64,000 nucleotides of DNA from Octopus bimaculoides (Eukaryota): positions 1,130,330-1,194,329 of the forward strand of contig NC_069008.1 of NCBI RefSeq assembly GCF_001194135.2, in the 5' to 3' direction. The notes beneath the pieces are model-generated. The model was given only the letters and a program-made list of their open reading frames with translations. It was not told the origin of the DNA and did no database searches. Shown one piece after another: positions 1 to 14,086 of the stretch (position 1 is the stretch's first letter; each line of letters begins with the position of its first letter). Made by a program: the position numbers and the translations under genes.

Positions 1-509
1 ATACGCATGTAATATATATATATATATATATGAGCCTGGTGTAGCCATCTGGTTTCACCATTCCTCAGTCAAATCGTCCAACCCTTGCTAGCATGGAAAG
101 CGGATGGTAAACGATGATGATGATGATGATGATGATGATACACACAGACACACACACACACACTCAGATAAAAATATATATAAGTGGCCGTGTATCAACC
201 AGTATCCGGTCTTGAGTACTGCTGGAAGAGTTCACGACATCATCGTTATCATTATCAACAACAAAAGCAGACAATGTATGACACAAGAGAAAGCGAGAGA
301 AAGAGAGATATATATACATAAATAGAGAGATAAAGAGAGAGAGAGAGTAAGATAGAGAGAAAATGAGAGAGAGAGAGGTTATTGTATTGATGTTTTATCG
401 ATGGAAACAACATACATTGATGACGATAAGATCTGCAGTCAACAGAAGCTACAATTGTTACCAATACCATCGCTAACCAGTAACCAGCGCCACCACCACC
501 ACCACCACC

Positions 510-1390
510 NNNNNNNNNNNNNNNNNNNNNNNNNNNNNNNNNNNNNNNNNNNNNNNNNNNNNNNNNNNNNNNNNNNNNNNNNNNNNNNNNNNNNNNNNNN
601 NNNNNNNNNNNNNNNNNNNNNNNNNNNNNNNNNNNNNNNNNNNNNNNNNNNNNNNNNNNNNNNNNNNNNNNNNNNNNNNNNNNNNNNNNNNNNNNNNNNN
701 NNNNNNNNNNNNNNNNNNNNNNNNNNNNNNNNNNNNNNNNNNNNNNNNNNNNNNNNNNNNNNNNNNNNNNNNNNNNNNNNNNNNNNNNNNNNNNNNNNNN
801 NNNNNNNNNNNNNNNNNNNNNNNNNNNNNNNNNNNNNNNNNNNNNNNNNNNNNNNNNNNNNNNNNNNNNNNNNNNNNNNNNNNNNNNNNNNNNNNNNNNN
901 NNNNNNNNNNNNNNNNNNNNNNNNNNNNNNNNNNNNNNNNNNNNNNNNNNNNNNNNNNNNNNNNNNNNNNNNNNNNNNNNNNNNNNNNNNNNNNNNNNNN
1001 NNNNNNNNNNNNNNNNNNNNNNNNNNNNNNNNNNNNNNNNNNNNNNNNNNNNNNNNNNNNNNNNNNNNNNNNNNNNNNNNNNNNNNNNNNNNNNNNNNNN
1101 NNNNNNNNNNNNNNNNNNNNNNNNNNNNNNNNNNNNNNNNNNNNNNNNNNNNNNNNNNNNNNNNNNNNNNNNNNNNNNNNNNNNNNNNNNNNNNNNNNNN
1201 NNNNNNNNNNNNNNNNNNNNNNNNNNNNNNNNNNNNNNNNNNNNNNNNNNNNNNNNNNNNNNNNNNNNNNNNNNNNNNNNNNNNNNNNNNNNNNNNNNNN
1301 NNNNNNNNNNNNNNNNNNNNNNNNNNNNNNNNNNNNNNNNNNNNNNNNNNNNNNNNNNNNNNNNNNNNNNNNNNNNNNNNNNNNNNNNNN
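510..1390. other. Assembly gap (first of ~19 N-runs)
   Basis: Other large gaps: 2315-3037, 5331-5763, 6663-7187, 10353-10953, 15155-16071, 19142-19733, 20501-21121, 23685-24135, 31539-32019, 40821-41600 and 43527-43899. Confidence 0.99.
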
Positions 1391-1580
1391 ATGCCCTTCC
1401 TACCGCCAACCACTCCGAGAGTGTAGTGGGTGCTTTTACGTGCCACTGGCACAAGGGCCAGTCCGGCGGTACTGGCAACGGCCATGCTCTAAATGGTGAA
1501 TTTATGTGCCACCTGCACAGGAGCCAGTCCAGCGGCACTGGCAATGATCTCGCTCGATGACTGGGCACAGGTGCCATCAT

Positions 1581-1800
1581 GATATTGTATTTGTAAATCC
1601 ATTGTTCAGGCAGAATGGTTTATATATAAGATTCTAATACCTTGTGAGTAAAATCCAATTGTCTTTAAGATTGGTCATTGCCTTTGTAAATCCATTATTA
1701 AGATTCCAATAGCCTATGAGTAAAATCGAACAGTCTTTGAAATTCGTCATTCCAAATACAGAGTCTATACACAGTACAATGGATTTACAAATACAATATC
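1581..1800. mobile_element. 220-bp MITE-like element with perfect 25-bp TIRs
   Basis: gatattgtatttgtaaatccattgt ... acaatggatttacaaatacaatatc, with an internal degenerate tandem duplication. Confidence 0.65.
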
Positions 1801-3036
1801 CTTACATTCACTCTCTATTTCCTATCTTATCTAAACTAACTATTGCTTAACCATGCCAATGTCTCCTTGATTGGACACTAAACTTCGCTTGCGAAGACCT
1901 GTTAGTGCAAGTGACAGCAAAAGCATGATGGCACTTGTACCAGTGGAGCGCTAAGAGCACCGTCCGAGCGTGACCAGAGCACCAGCTGTCTGGCTTCCAT
2001 GCTAGTGGTATGTAAATAGCACCATTTGAGCGTGATCGTTTCCAGTGTCGCCTTCCTGGCACTTGTGCCGGTGACACGTGAAAAGACATTCAAGCGAGAT
2101 CATTGCCAGTGCTGCTGGACTGGCTCCTGTGTAGGTGACACATAAAATACACCATTTTAAGCGCGGCTGTTGCCAGTACTGCCTTGATTTTAAGAGTCCC
2201 TCATAGAGTGAGGCATTTATGTATAGTATTTTGCTAAGATTGTTAACAGATACTATAATCTTTTGCAAAATTTTTGGTGTAAAAAATATATTTAAACATA
2301 TATATATATATATANNNNNNNNNNNNNNNNNNNNNNNNNNNNNNNNNNNNNNNNNNNNNNNNNNNNNNNNNNNNNNNNNNNNNNNNNNNNNNNNNNNNNN
2401 NNNNNNNNNNNNNNNNNNNNNNNNNNNNNNNNNNNNNNNNNNNNNNNNNNNNNNNNNNNNNNNNNNNNNNNNNNNNNNNNNNNNNNNNNNNNNNNNNNNN
2501 NNNNNNNNNNNNNNNNNNNNNNNNNNNNNNNNNNNNNNNNNNNNNNNNNNNNNNNNNNNNNNNNNNNNNNNNNNNNNNNNNNNNNNNNNNNNNNNNNNNN
2601 NNNNNNNNNNNNNNNNNNNNNNNNNNNNNNNNNNNNNNNNNNNNNNNNNNNNNNNNNNNNNNNNNNNNNNNNNNNNNNNNNNNNNNNNNNNNNNNNNNNN
2701 NNNNNNNNNNNNNNNNNNNNNNNNNNNNNNNNNNNNNNNNNNNNNNNNNNNNNNNNNNNNNNNNNNNNNNNNNNNNNNNNNNNNNNNNNNNNNNNNNNNN
2801 NNNNNNNNNNNNNNNNNNNNNNNNNNNNNNNNNNNNNNNNNNNNNNNNNNNNNNNNNNNNNNNNNNNNNNNNNNNNNNNNNNNNNNNNNNNNNNNNNNNN
2901 NNNNNNNNNNNNNNNNNNNNNNNNNNNNNNNNNNNNNNNNNNNNNNNNNNNNNNNNNNNNNNNNNNNNNNNNNNNNNNNNNNNNNNNNNNNNNNNNNNNN
3001 NNNNNNNNNNNNNNNNNNNNNNNNNNNNNNNNNNNN

Positions 3037-3067
<31 letters not shown>

Positions 3068-4724
3068 TATATGTATGTGTTCATATACACCGCTATCACA
3101 ACAACAAAAACAGCGACAGCCAAGTGCTTTGTCCTTGATGAGAGCGAGAGAGAGTGGGGGAGAGCTAGATACTGAGTGCATTAGAGTGCAACTTAGTGCA
3201 GTTTCTATGGATACGAATCTTTATTGCTTGCACTTTATTGCTATCCATCACCAGTATCATCTCCACCCCCTGTTACACCACAAACACAAGCGTTAACCCA
3301 AGCCAACCGGAAGTCGCCACATGGTTGTTGGATCTGGTAGAAATAGCAGCCAAATGTCCCTCAAATCATATCCTACGGGTTTACGTATGTATACAGAAGC
3401 AAGTATGGCTGTGTGGTAAGAAGTTTGCTTCTGCTTCCCAAAGCACATGGTTTCAAGCCCAGTTCCACTTCACAGCACCTTGGGCAAGTGTCTCTGGCTG
3501 ACCAAAACCTTGTGAGTGGGTTTGGTAGACGGAAACTAAAAGAAGACAATCGTGTGTGTGTGTGTGTGTGTGTGTGTACATATGTCTGGTCATTTATGCT
3601 ACTAGTACCAGGTGTCAAGTGATGATAGGGGGCAAAGACAGGCACAGAAATAGACAGACATATAGGCACACACACACACACACACACACATACAACAAAA
3701 TCTACTCACAAGGCTTTGGTCAGCACAAGGGTATAGTAGAAGACACTTGCTCAAGGCACCACACAGTGGAACCGAACCCAGAACCATGAAGTTGGGAGAC
3801 AAACTTCTCATTTCTTTATTGCCCGCAAGGGGCCAAACATGGAGGGGACAAACAAGGACAGACAAACGGATTAAGTCAATTACATTGACCCCAGTGCATA
3901 ACTGGTACTTAATTTATCGACCCTGAAATGATGAAAGGCAAAGTTGACCTCGGCGGAATTTGAACTCAGAACGTTACGGCAGATGAAATACCACTAAGTA
4001 TTTCGCCCGGCATGCTAACCATTCCGCCAGTTCACCACCTTCTTACAAACCTCTTACCACACAACCGCTCCTACACCTAAGCTGTTTATTAAAAAATTTC
4101 CTGATTAGGCGCAGGAGTGGCTGTGTGGTAAGTAGCTTGTTTACAAACCACATGGNNNNNNNNNNTGGTTCGGCAAAAGAGACTGATAGAATAAGTACTA
4201 GGCTTACATAGAATATGTCCTGGGGTTGATTTGCTCGACTAAAAGGTGGTGCTCCAGCATGGCCACGCAGTCAAATGACTGAAACAAGTAAAAGAGAGAG
4301 AGTGGTAATAAGTAATGGTTTCAAACAGAGGCAGAGACTTGCTACAGATGTTATCACCAGAGGTCTGGCTTATGCGGCATGAGAGTTTAACACAGTGAGG
4401 CAGAGTTTAAGAAGCTTCCAAACGTTTCTTACTCTTTTAAAATTCTTATGTAGGATGGAAAACAAAAAACTTTCATGATAAAAACTCCCAAAACTAAACA
4501 AGATTATGGGTCTTTTTGATTCGTATTACTCATATTATAGTAAAGGGAACTGGTGCCCTTTGCCATGCAAAAGAAGCATTCAATACACTCTGTAAAGTGG
4601 TTGGCATTAGGAAGGGCATCCAGCTGTAAAAAAACAAGCCAAAACAGACTGTGGAATCCTGGTGTGGCCCCCTGGCCTTGCCAGTTCATGTCAAGCTGAA
4701 GCCCTTTTATCAATAGGTTACTTG

Positions 4725-5030
4725 ACCATAACTGACCTAGGGCTAAGCACCGACAACAAGGAAAGACACATTAGATAATGTAGTCCTAGATACACTATGC
4801 CTGAATGACAAATTGGACGGATGAAGCTGGAATACCTTTGATTACAGGTCAGCTGGATGAAGACTGACCTGTGGCTAAACACTGACAACAAGGAAAGACA
4901 CATTAGATAATGTAGTCCTAGATGCACTACGACTGAATAACAGACGTGATGGTCATGGCTGGGACACCTTCGATCACTTATCTGGTGGGTCAAGACTGAT
5001 CTGGAGCTAAACCCCAACAGCAGGACAGAT
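4725..5030. repeat. Tandem ~130-bp duplication of an interspersed-repeat tail
   Basis: gacaacaaggaaagacacattagataatgtagtcctagat occurs twice, 131 bp apart; related sequence at about 54090-54240. Confidence 0.75.
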
Positions 5031-7290
5031 CAATAAAGACTCACTGCTCCCGCCCAAGATATTCCTAAATCAATAACCGTACAGTAGGTCATCTATGAGA
5101 TCAATAGATCAATATAAGCCACTGGTTCATTGTATTCAATGTTGTTTGATGTGTATAAAAATGATTATCTTCACATTAGAAACTGCTGACAGGTATTCGT
5201 GGGCTGCTGCTGCTGCAGTTGTTGTTGTTGCTGTTGCTGCTGCGGTTGCTGGTGTCGTTGCTGCTGTTGTTGTTGTTGTACTGCTGTTGTCCATGTTTTT
5301 ACTGTTGTTGCTGTTGTTATTGGTGCTGTTNNNNNNNNNNNNNNNNNNNNNNNNNNNNNNNNNNNNNNNNNNNNNNNNNNNNNNNNNNNNNNNNNNNNNN
5401 NNNNNNNNNNNNNNNNNNNNNNNNNNNNNNNNNNNNNNNNNNNNNNNNNNNNNNNNNNNNNNNNNNNNNNNNNNNNNNNNNNNNNNNNNNNNNNNNNNNN
5501 NNNNNNNNNNNNNNNNNNNNNNNNNNNNNNNNNNNNNNNNNNNNNNNNNNNNNNNNNNNNNNNNNNNNNNNNNNNNNNNNNNNNNNNNNNNNNNNNNNNN
5601 NNNNNNNNNNNNNNNNNNNNNNNNNNNNNNNNNNNNNNNNNNNNNNNNNNNNNNNNNNNNNNNNNNNNNNNNNNNNNNNNNNNNNNNNNNNNNNNNNNNN
5701 NNNNNNNNNNNNNNNNNNNNNNNNNNNNNNNNNNNNNNNNNNNNNNNNNNNNNNNNNNNNNNNGGCATATCATCAGACCCCAAAACCTGTTGGCTAAGGG
5801 CCTCTCTAGTGAGTGGCATCTCTAGAATACGGAAGAGGAAATGAGCTCGTTAATCAAAGTCAACAAAGGGTATTGCCTCCCCATGGCTACTGATTGCCAA
5901 TATCAACATTAGAACCCACGAGATAGCAGGGTCACCAGCAATCAATAGTCAAAGGGACACACACACACACACACAAACATATGTATGTATACGTCTTTGG
6001 GTTTGTACTTGTGCTCCACCATTGCTTGTGGTCTTGGTTTGTTTGCATCACAGCAGCTCAGCAAAAGAGATTGATAACATAAGTGCCAGGCTTTAAAGAT
6101 AGTTACTGGGCTCGATTTGTTTGACTAAACCCTTCAAGGCGAGGCCCCAACATTACCGCAGAGCAATGACTGAAACCAGTAAAGATAAAAGCAGATAACC
6201 TCCCCCACGGTGTAGGCTGTGCTTTAGCTTTCTCTGTCGACCACAGTTGCTGTGTTTACAGCAGCCATGTTTCTTGCACGTTGTGTTGCAAAGCATGGAC
6301 GTTAAATTTTATGATAAACAATGTCTGTGACAACCCTTAGCTTTGGATGTCTGGTGTCGGTGTCATCATCAGCGTTGTCATTGTCATTGTTGTCATCGTT
6401 ACGATCATAGCCGTCAGCATAGCCATATCATCACCATCATCATCATCATCATTGCCATATCATCATCATCATCATCATTGCGATCATTGCCATCATCATC
6501 AGCAGCAGCATCACCAGTAGCAGCACCATCATAATCATCATCATCATCACCATCACCATCACCATCACCATCATCATCATCACCATCATCATCATCACCA
6601 TCATCATCACCATCATCATCACCATCATCATCACCATCACCATCATCATCATCATCACCACCNNNNNNNNNNNNNNNNNNNNNNNNNNNNNNNNNNNNNN
6701 NNNNNNNNNNNNNNNNNNNNNNNNNNNNNNNNNNNNNNNNNNNNNNNNNNNNNNNNNNNNNNNNNNNNNNNNNNNNNNNNNNNNNNNNNNNNNNNNNNNN
6801 NNNNNNNNNNNNNNNNNNNNNNNNNNNNNNNNNNNNNNNNNNNNNNNNNNNNNNNNNNNNNNNNNNNNNNNNNNNNNNNNNNNNNNNNNNNNNNNNNNNN
6901 NNNNNNNNNNNNNNNNNNNNNNNNNNNNNNNNNNNNNNNNNNNNNNNNNNNNNNNNNNNNNNNNNNNNNNNNNNNNNNNNNNNNNNNNNNNNNNNNNNNN
7001 NNNNNNNNNNNNNNNNNNNNNNNNNNNNNNNNNNNNNNNNNNNNNNNNNNNNNNNNNNNNNNNNNNNNNNNNNNNNNNNNNNNNNNNNNNNNNNNNNNNN
7101 NNNNNNNNNNNNNNNNNNNNNNNNNNNNNNNNNNNNNNNNNNNNNNNNNNNNNNNNNNNNNNNNNNNNNNNNNNNNNNNNNNNNNNACATATATATATAC
7201 ATATATATATACAGTATATATACATATATATATACATATATATATACAGAGGAGTAAGTATGTATATATATATGTGTGTGTGTGTATGCA

Positions 7291-7334
<44 letters not shown>

Positions 7335-7370
7335 TATATATATATATGCATACTTATATGTATATATATA

Positions 7371-7741
7371 CAGGGTGTGGTGAATATATTGTCATCTAAA
7401 TTATGCAAAAAGGAAAATAACACTGACATCTCATTTTAACAAATTGAGCATGGCCGTTGCCAGTACGTGTGACTGGCTCTTGTGCTGGTGGCACGTAAAA
7501 GCACCCACTACACTCTGGGAGTGGTTGGCGTTAGGAAGGGCATCCAGCTGTAGAAACTCTGCCAAATCAGATTGGAGCCTGGTGTTGCCATCCGGTTTCA
7601 CCAGTCCTCAGTCAAATCGTCCAACCCATGCTAGCATGGAAAGTGGATGTCAAACGATGATGATGATGATGATGATGATGATGTTGATGATGATGATGAT
7701 GATGATGATGATGTTGATGATGATGATGATGATGATGATGT

Positions 7742-7782
<41 letters not shown>

Positions 7783-8460
7783 TTTACCAAAATTACATTA
7801 AAATATCTTGAAATACTAAAGAGTAAATTTATTCAATAAAATCGCCATTGGCTTCAACCAAGGCCTCCAGATGACTTTGGAATCTCCTGCACCTCTTCTG
7901 GACAGTCTCCTTGTATAAGTTGGTAAATGCTGTCGTAATTCTTGCTGTCAGATCATTTTTGGTGTTAGAAGAAGTTTTCTTGATCTCTCGTTCAACTGCG
8001 CCCCAAGCATAATAATCAATGAGGTTGCAGTATGGGGAGTTAGGTGGCCAGATGTTAGGGGTGATGTGGTCGCAGAAATTGTCTGACAGCCATGATTGGC
8101 TTCTCCTGCTTTTGTGGCATGGAGCAGAGTCTTGTTGCCAGACATAGGGTGTTACAGCAGCCACCCTCTTGACCCAGGGCAGCACCACCCCCTCCAGGCA
8201 CTTGATGTAGACCTCCATGTTGAATCTGAGGCCATGTGGGAAGATGTATGGAGGCATAACGTTACCGTCACTAGTGATTACTCCAAACACCATGGTGTTG
8301 ACTGGATGTTTGATTTTTATCACTCTTGGTAAATATTTTGGGCAAACAGCAAGCCAATGGTTGTTCTGTATATTCACCATCCGTTTGTATTGGAGCTTCC
8401 AACATGAATGCCAAGCAGTACAGCATGTCATGTCCAAATTTCTGGCAGAGTGAATTGCAT
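7371..8460 (-). mobile_element. Degenerate Tc1/mariner maT-type (DD37D) element, interrupted by a SINE
   Basis: ORF 7829-8437 contains [19 protein letters not shown] and WPPNSPYCNLIDYYAWG, with 37 residues between the last two catalytic-position Asp. The end is TA|CAGGGTG at 7371. Confidence 0.85.
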
Positions 8461-9528
8461 CATGGTGTTGTTTTTCTCACAGATGGTGCCCAACCGACCC
8501 TACTATACCATGTAGTCAAGAAATGCAATGTGTTCTTTTTTATCTTTCCCTCTTCTTTAAATTGTTTCATCAACCTCGCAATTTTATTGGCAGTGTGTCT
8601 GGCAGGAATCGAAACCACAATCTTATGATCATGAGTCCAGCATCCTAACCACTAAGCCACGCGCCTCCACTGGTGATGCTGGAGGTGGTAGTGAAGAAAT
8701 AGCAGTGGTGGCGATGAAGGTGGTTGTGGCTTCAGTGCTGACAGTGGTCGTCGTATTGGTGGTGGCATTGGTGTTGTTGTTGTTGGTGCTGTTGTTGTTG
8801 TTGTTGGTGGTGGCAGAGTTGTTATGGGCAAAGATGGTGTTGATGGTGTTGGTGATGGCAGTACAACTGGTTGTGATGGTCATGATGGTGTGGTAGTGGT
8901 GGTGATAGTGGTATGAGTTTGTTGTTGCTGTAGTGATGTGCTGTTAGTGGTTATGGTTACTACAACACGTGGAGTACGCGGTGAAGGTCATGGTTTTAGG
9001 TTGGAACAGGGTGTAGTGGTATTTGCACAATGTAGTAGTAATAACAGTAATAGTAATAGGGGAGTCAGTGATGGTGTTGGTGGAGGTTGTAGTTACATGA
9101 TGTGTTGGCAGTAGTAGTAGTGTCACATTAGTAATGGTTACCATTATTTGAGGTAGTAGTAGTAGTAATAGTAGTAGTGGTGGTGGTGGTGGTGGTGGTG
9201 GTTCTTAATAGTTTGTAGACATGGTACCTCAGATTATGTGATGTGGTTGTATCGGCGGTAGCGCCACCACAGTGTAGTAAACTGTTTAGTACAGGGAAGG
9301 GTGGCGGTACATAAAATGCAATGTGCACTGAAGCATAACTGTCTCCTTCTGCATCAATGATAACATACCGACAAAGCACCTACCCTGTTTATCAATATTG
9401 CATTTGGGCGGTGCATAGTATCCATGGTAACATACACACACACACACACAAATCCTTGTGTATATGTGTGTGTGTGTTTGTGTATTTGTGTGTGTGTGTG
9501 TGTATAAAATAAAAGAGTATATATATAT

Positions 9529-9560
<32 letters not shown>

Positions 9561-12500
9561 GGTATATGTGTATGTATATACTTTATTGTATCTTGGGAGA
9601 GTCATTATGCCAATGTATATAAACATACATACATACATACATATATATGTGTGTGTGTGTGTGTATATATATGTGTGTTTTGTGTATAACAAAACATACA
9701 TATGTATTTGTATGTACATACACATAAATGTACACACATACACACACAAATATATACAAACATACAAACTTACATACATGCATATACATACAAATTTATA
9801 TATACTCTAGTCATCTGATGTTTGTATAAAAACACTTAGCTTTAATTGTTTTCAAGTTCAACATTGTATCAAGCCAAGATTGTTTATGTTTACTTATATA
9901 TACATTAATCCCGCACCATATTGCGGTTCTCCTATCACAGTTTATTGTTTAAGCTTACATCAATTCCTCCATGGTGTTGTTTTGCATTTATAATAAAATA
10001 AATATATACAAATTATAAAAATAATAAAAAAAAAATATTCAGTAGGCGCAGGAGTGGCTGTGTGGTAAAGTAGCTTGCTTACCAACCACATGATTCCGGG
10101 TTCAGTCCCACTGCGTGGCATCTTGGGCAAGTGTCTTCTACTATAGCCTTGGGCCGACCAAAGCCTTCTGAGTGTATCTGGTAGACGGAAACTGAAAGAA
10201 GCCCGTCGTATATATATGTATATGTATATATATATATATGTATGTGTGCTTGTGTGTCTGTGTTTGCCCCCCCCCCCACCATCGCTTGAGAAGACCTGTT
10301 GAGTTAAATAAAACCAATATCGTAGCTGTGGCCAGTTCCCCCTGAATGGCTCNNNNNNNNNNNNNNNNNNNNNNNNNNNNNNNNNNNNNNNNNNNNNNNN
10401 NNNNNNNNNNNNNNNNNNNNNNNNNNNNNNNNNNNNNNNNNNNNNNNNNNNNNNNNNNNNNNNNNNNNNNNNNNNNNNNNNNNNNNNNNNNNNNNNNNNN
10501 NNNNNNNNNNNNNNNNNNNNNNNNNNNNNNNNNNNNNNNNNNNNNNNNNNNNNNNNNNNNNNNNNNNNNNNNNNNNNNNNNNNNNNNNNNNNNNNNNNNN
10601 NNNNNNNNNNNNNNNNNNNNNNNNNNNNNNNNNNNNNNNNNNNNNNNNNNNNNNNNNNNNNNNNNNNNNNNNNNNNNNNNNNNNNNNNNNNNNNNNNNNN
10701 NNNNNNNNNNNNNNNNNNNNNNNNNNNNNNNNNNNNNNNNNNNNNNNNNNNNNNNNNNNNNNNNNNNNNNNNNNNNNNNNNNNNNNNNNNNNNNNNNNNN
10801 NNNNNNNNNNNNNNNNNNNNNNNNNNNNNNNNNNNNNNNNNNNNNNNNNNNNNNNNNNNNNNNNNNNNNNNNNNNNNNNNNNNNNNNNNNNNNNNNNNNN
10901 NNNNNNNNNNNNNNNNNNNNNNNNNNNNNNNNNNNNNNNNNNNNNNNNNNNNNGTTTTCGTGCGGGTGACACGTAAAAGCACCCACTACACTCTCTGAGT
11001 GGTTGGCGTTAGGAAGGGCATCCAGCTGTAGAAACTCTGCCAAATCAGACTGGAGCCTGGTGTTGCCATCCAGTTTCACCAGTCCTCAGTCAAATCGTCC
11101 AACCCATGCTAGCATGGAAAGCGGACGTTAAACGATGATGGTGATGATGATGATATATATATATATATATGATAGGCTTCTTTCAGTTTCTGCCACAAGG
11201 CTTGGTCAGCCCAAGGCTATAGTAGAAGATACTTGCCCATGGTGTCATGCACTGGGACTGAACCTAGAACCATGTGGTTAAGAAGTAAACTTCTTATTAC
11301 ACTGCCACACTTGTACCTTTTTGAATTAATGTGTGATACTGAGTGGCACAGTGTGACACTGAGTGGCACAATGTGACACTGTGTGACACTGAGTGGCACA
11401 GTGTGACAAGGCTGTACCTTTTGAATTACAAATGCAATCTAAATAGCAGGCTTCCATACAGTTTCCATGTATCTAGTTTCATTCACAATCCCTGGGTCGA
11501 CTCAAAGCTGTAGAAAATGACACTGGCCCAAGATGTTCCGCTCGGGGATTGAACCTGCAAACAAAACTTTTTAATCACTCAGCCATGTCTGCATTGACTG
11601 GTTACTAAGTTACGAACTACTCTTGTCCCATTCGATCCACCTATCTTTCAACTTCTTCAACTAGCATCCTGTAAACATGATCAGTCACGCCCAATCGACC
11701 CAGTGGCCGCAGCCATTTCTCCTACAATGTAGGGAATGTCACGGTGACANNNNNNNNNNNNNNNNNNNNNNNNNNNNNNNNNNNNNNNNNNNNNNNNNNN
11801 NNNNNNNNNNNNNNNNNNNNNNNNNNNNNNNNNNNNNNNNNNNNNNNNNNNNNNNNNNNNNNNNNNNNNNNNNNNNNNNNNNNNNNNNNNNNNNNNNNNN
11901 NNNNNNNNNNNNNNNNNNNNNNNNNNNNNNNNNNNNNNNNNNNNNNNNNNNNNNNNNNNNNNNNNNNNNNNNNNNNNNNNNCCGTCACCCCCCACCCTAC
12001 CGTTCTTACCACAGTTCAGTCATCCATGAACAATAAATTAAAAGATAATAGAATTAATAATAATAATAATAATAAAGATAATAATAATAATAATAATAAA
12101 GATAATAATATTAATAATAATGAGTAGTACTACAGACCCTTCCCCCCACTTTCCCCCCACAAACTTCACAGCTACTGCCATTTCAACTACCTGTTCCTCC
12201 TCCCCACACAACCGACTGTTGCCCCCACCCCATCCCCCACTCCCAATCGACCTTCCCTAGGGGATGAGATGAATCCTTTTGTTGTGGCTGTTGTCGTAAT
12301 ATTGCATCTGTTGTAACATGTTGCACGGCTCGATAAGGGGTGTGTGTGAGGACTGGTAAGTATGTGTGCGTGTGCGTGTGCGTGCGTGTTTGAGTGTGTG
12401 AATGTGATGGTGTCTCAGTGTGTATGTGTGCTTGTGTGTGTGTTTGTGTATGTGTGTGTGTGCGTGTTCGTGTTGTGTGTGTGTTTGTGTATGTGTGTGT

Positions 12501-12834
12501 GTGCTCGTGTGTGTGTGTGTGTGTGAGTGTGCCCTTTAATCCAAATCTTTCCACCTGTGACCATCCCATTTTTTTTACCTATATAGATAGAAGTCACAAA
12601 AAAAAAAACCATCTATAATGTGAGCTTTTTCAAGGTAGAAAGGTGTTAGCTGAGGGAGATTTGGTTGCTATTTCTAGCATGTCTGACTAACATGTAGAGG
12701 TCACCCTCATTGCCCATATGTATATACATACATACATACTTGCATATATATGTGTGTGTGTGTGTGTGGGGGGCAATGTATGAATAGACACACACACACA
12801 TACACACAGTCACATACACATACATACATACTGT

Positions 12835-13075
12835 CATAGGGGTCAGATGGGCAGCTGACCCCTATGACAGTGCATGACTTTTGTTCCCTGTACCTCAGAA
12901 CAGTATCAGACCTGTTATGTTTGTACCAAATTGTTGTTTTTATTGGGGGTGTTCCACCAGAATTCCTTGTTTTTAAAGGTGTAAATAGCTGCTGGTTCTG
13001 ACACACCTTTGATGTATACATCAGGACAATCCTTCCTACAGATAGCATTGTAGATAGTCTTTGCAACTATTTCAT
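12835..13075 (-). mobile_element. Non-LTR retrotransposon fragment, restriction-like endonuclease (R4/Dong/NeSL-type) region
   Basis: The frameshifted translation IVAKTIYNAICRKDCP...EFWWNTP/IKTTIWYKHNRSDTVLRYREQKSCTVIGVSCPSD matches the RLE pattern WW-P...HN-PD-V-----K-C-IIE-SCP. Confidence 0.65.
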
Positions 13076-14086
13076 GTCTCAGAGGCTGCTAGAATCTCAT
13101 TGACTTATTTTTTTTTTATGTCTGGTACTGCTAAGTTACAGGGACATAAACACACCAACACCTGTTGTCAAATGGTGGTGGGGGGACAAACACATGCACA
13201 CACACACGCACATACACATATACAAACATAATAGGCTTCTTTCAGTTTCCATCTTGCAAATCTGCTCACAGGGCTTTGACTGTTCATGGTTATAATAGAA
13301 GACAATTGCCCAAAGTGTCGTATGGTGGGACTGAACCCCAGAACCGTGTGTTTGAAAAGCAAACTACTTACTGCACAGCCACACCTGAATGGATAAATTT
13401 TATTCTTTGATCTCAATAGCAGTATTGATGATGTGACAGTCGTGGTGTCACATCATAGTAGTCGTGATGATGTTGCAAGTGGTGGTGGTGGTGTTGGTGG
13501 AGGCAGTGTTGTTGTTGTTGTTGTTGGTGGTGGTGGGTGTGATATTGTTTGTTAGCAGTGATGATAGTGAATCCTGTTCTGGTACCCTTACACTTATGCT
13601 CTTCTTCCTCAAAAAGTTTGCACTTAACTGGCATGCACAAACACACAAACAGATGCATGTATATGCAAATATCCTTGAGTACACAAACGCACATGCACAC
13701 ATACACACACTCACACATGCATACAAACACACACACACAACTATACACATATTCTTTTATTCTTTTACTTGTTTCAGTCATTTGATTGAAGCCATGCTGG
13801 AGCACTGCCTTTAGTCGAACAAATTGACTCCAGGACTTATTTTTTAAAGCCTGGTACTTATTCTATCCATCTCTTTTGCTGAACTACTAAGTTAAGGGGG
13901 CATAAACACACCAACACTAGTTGTTGGATGAGGTGGAGGGAAACTGTGATTCATTGTAATTCACTGAATAAACTATGTACCAAAGTTCTATGCTAGCTGG
14001 AAAGCCTTTTTGTAGATCTTTGTTTCAGGTGTTGACAAAATTTCCACAACTATCTTGCTGCCACCACTCCCAAGTACTCAATCTCA

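Noticed and set aside
13970-14030. Minus-strand KGFPAS resembling the SH3 end GYFPAN
   Set aside because: No WW motif or splice context, and it is next to a LINE fragment.
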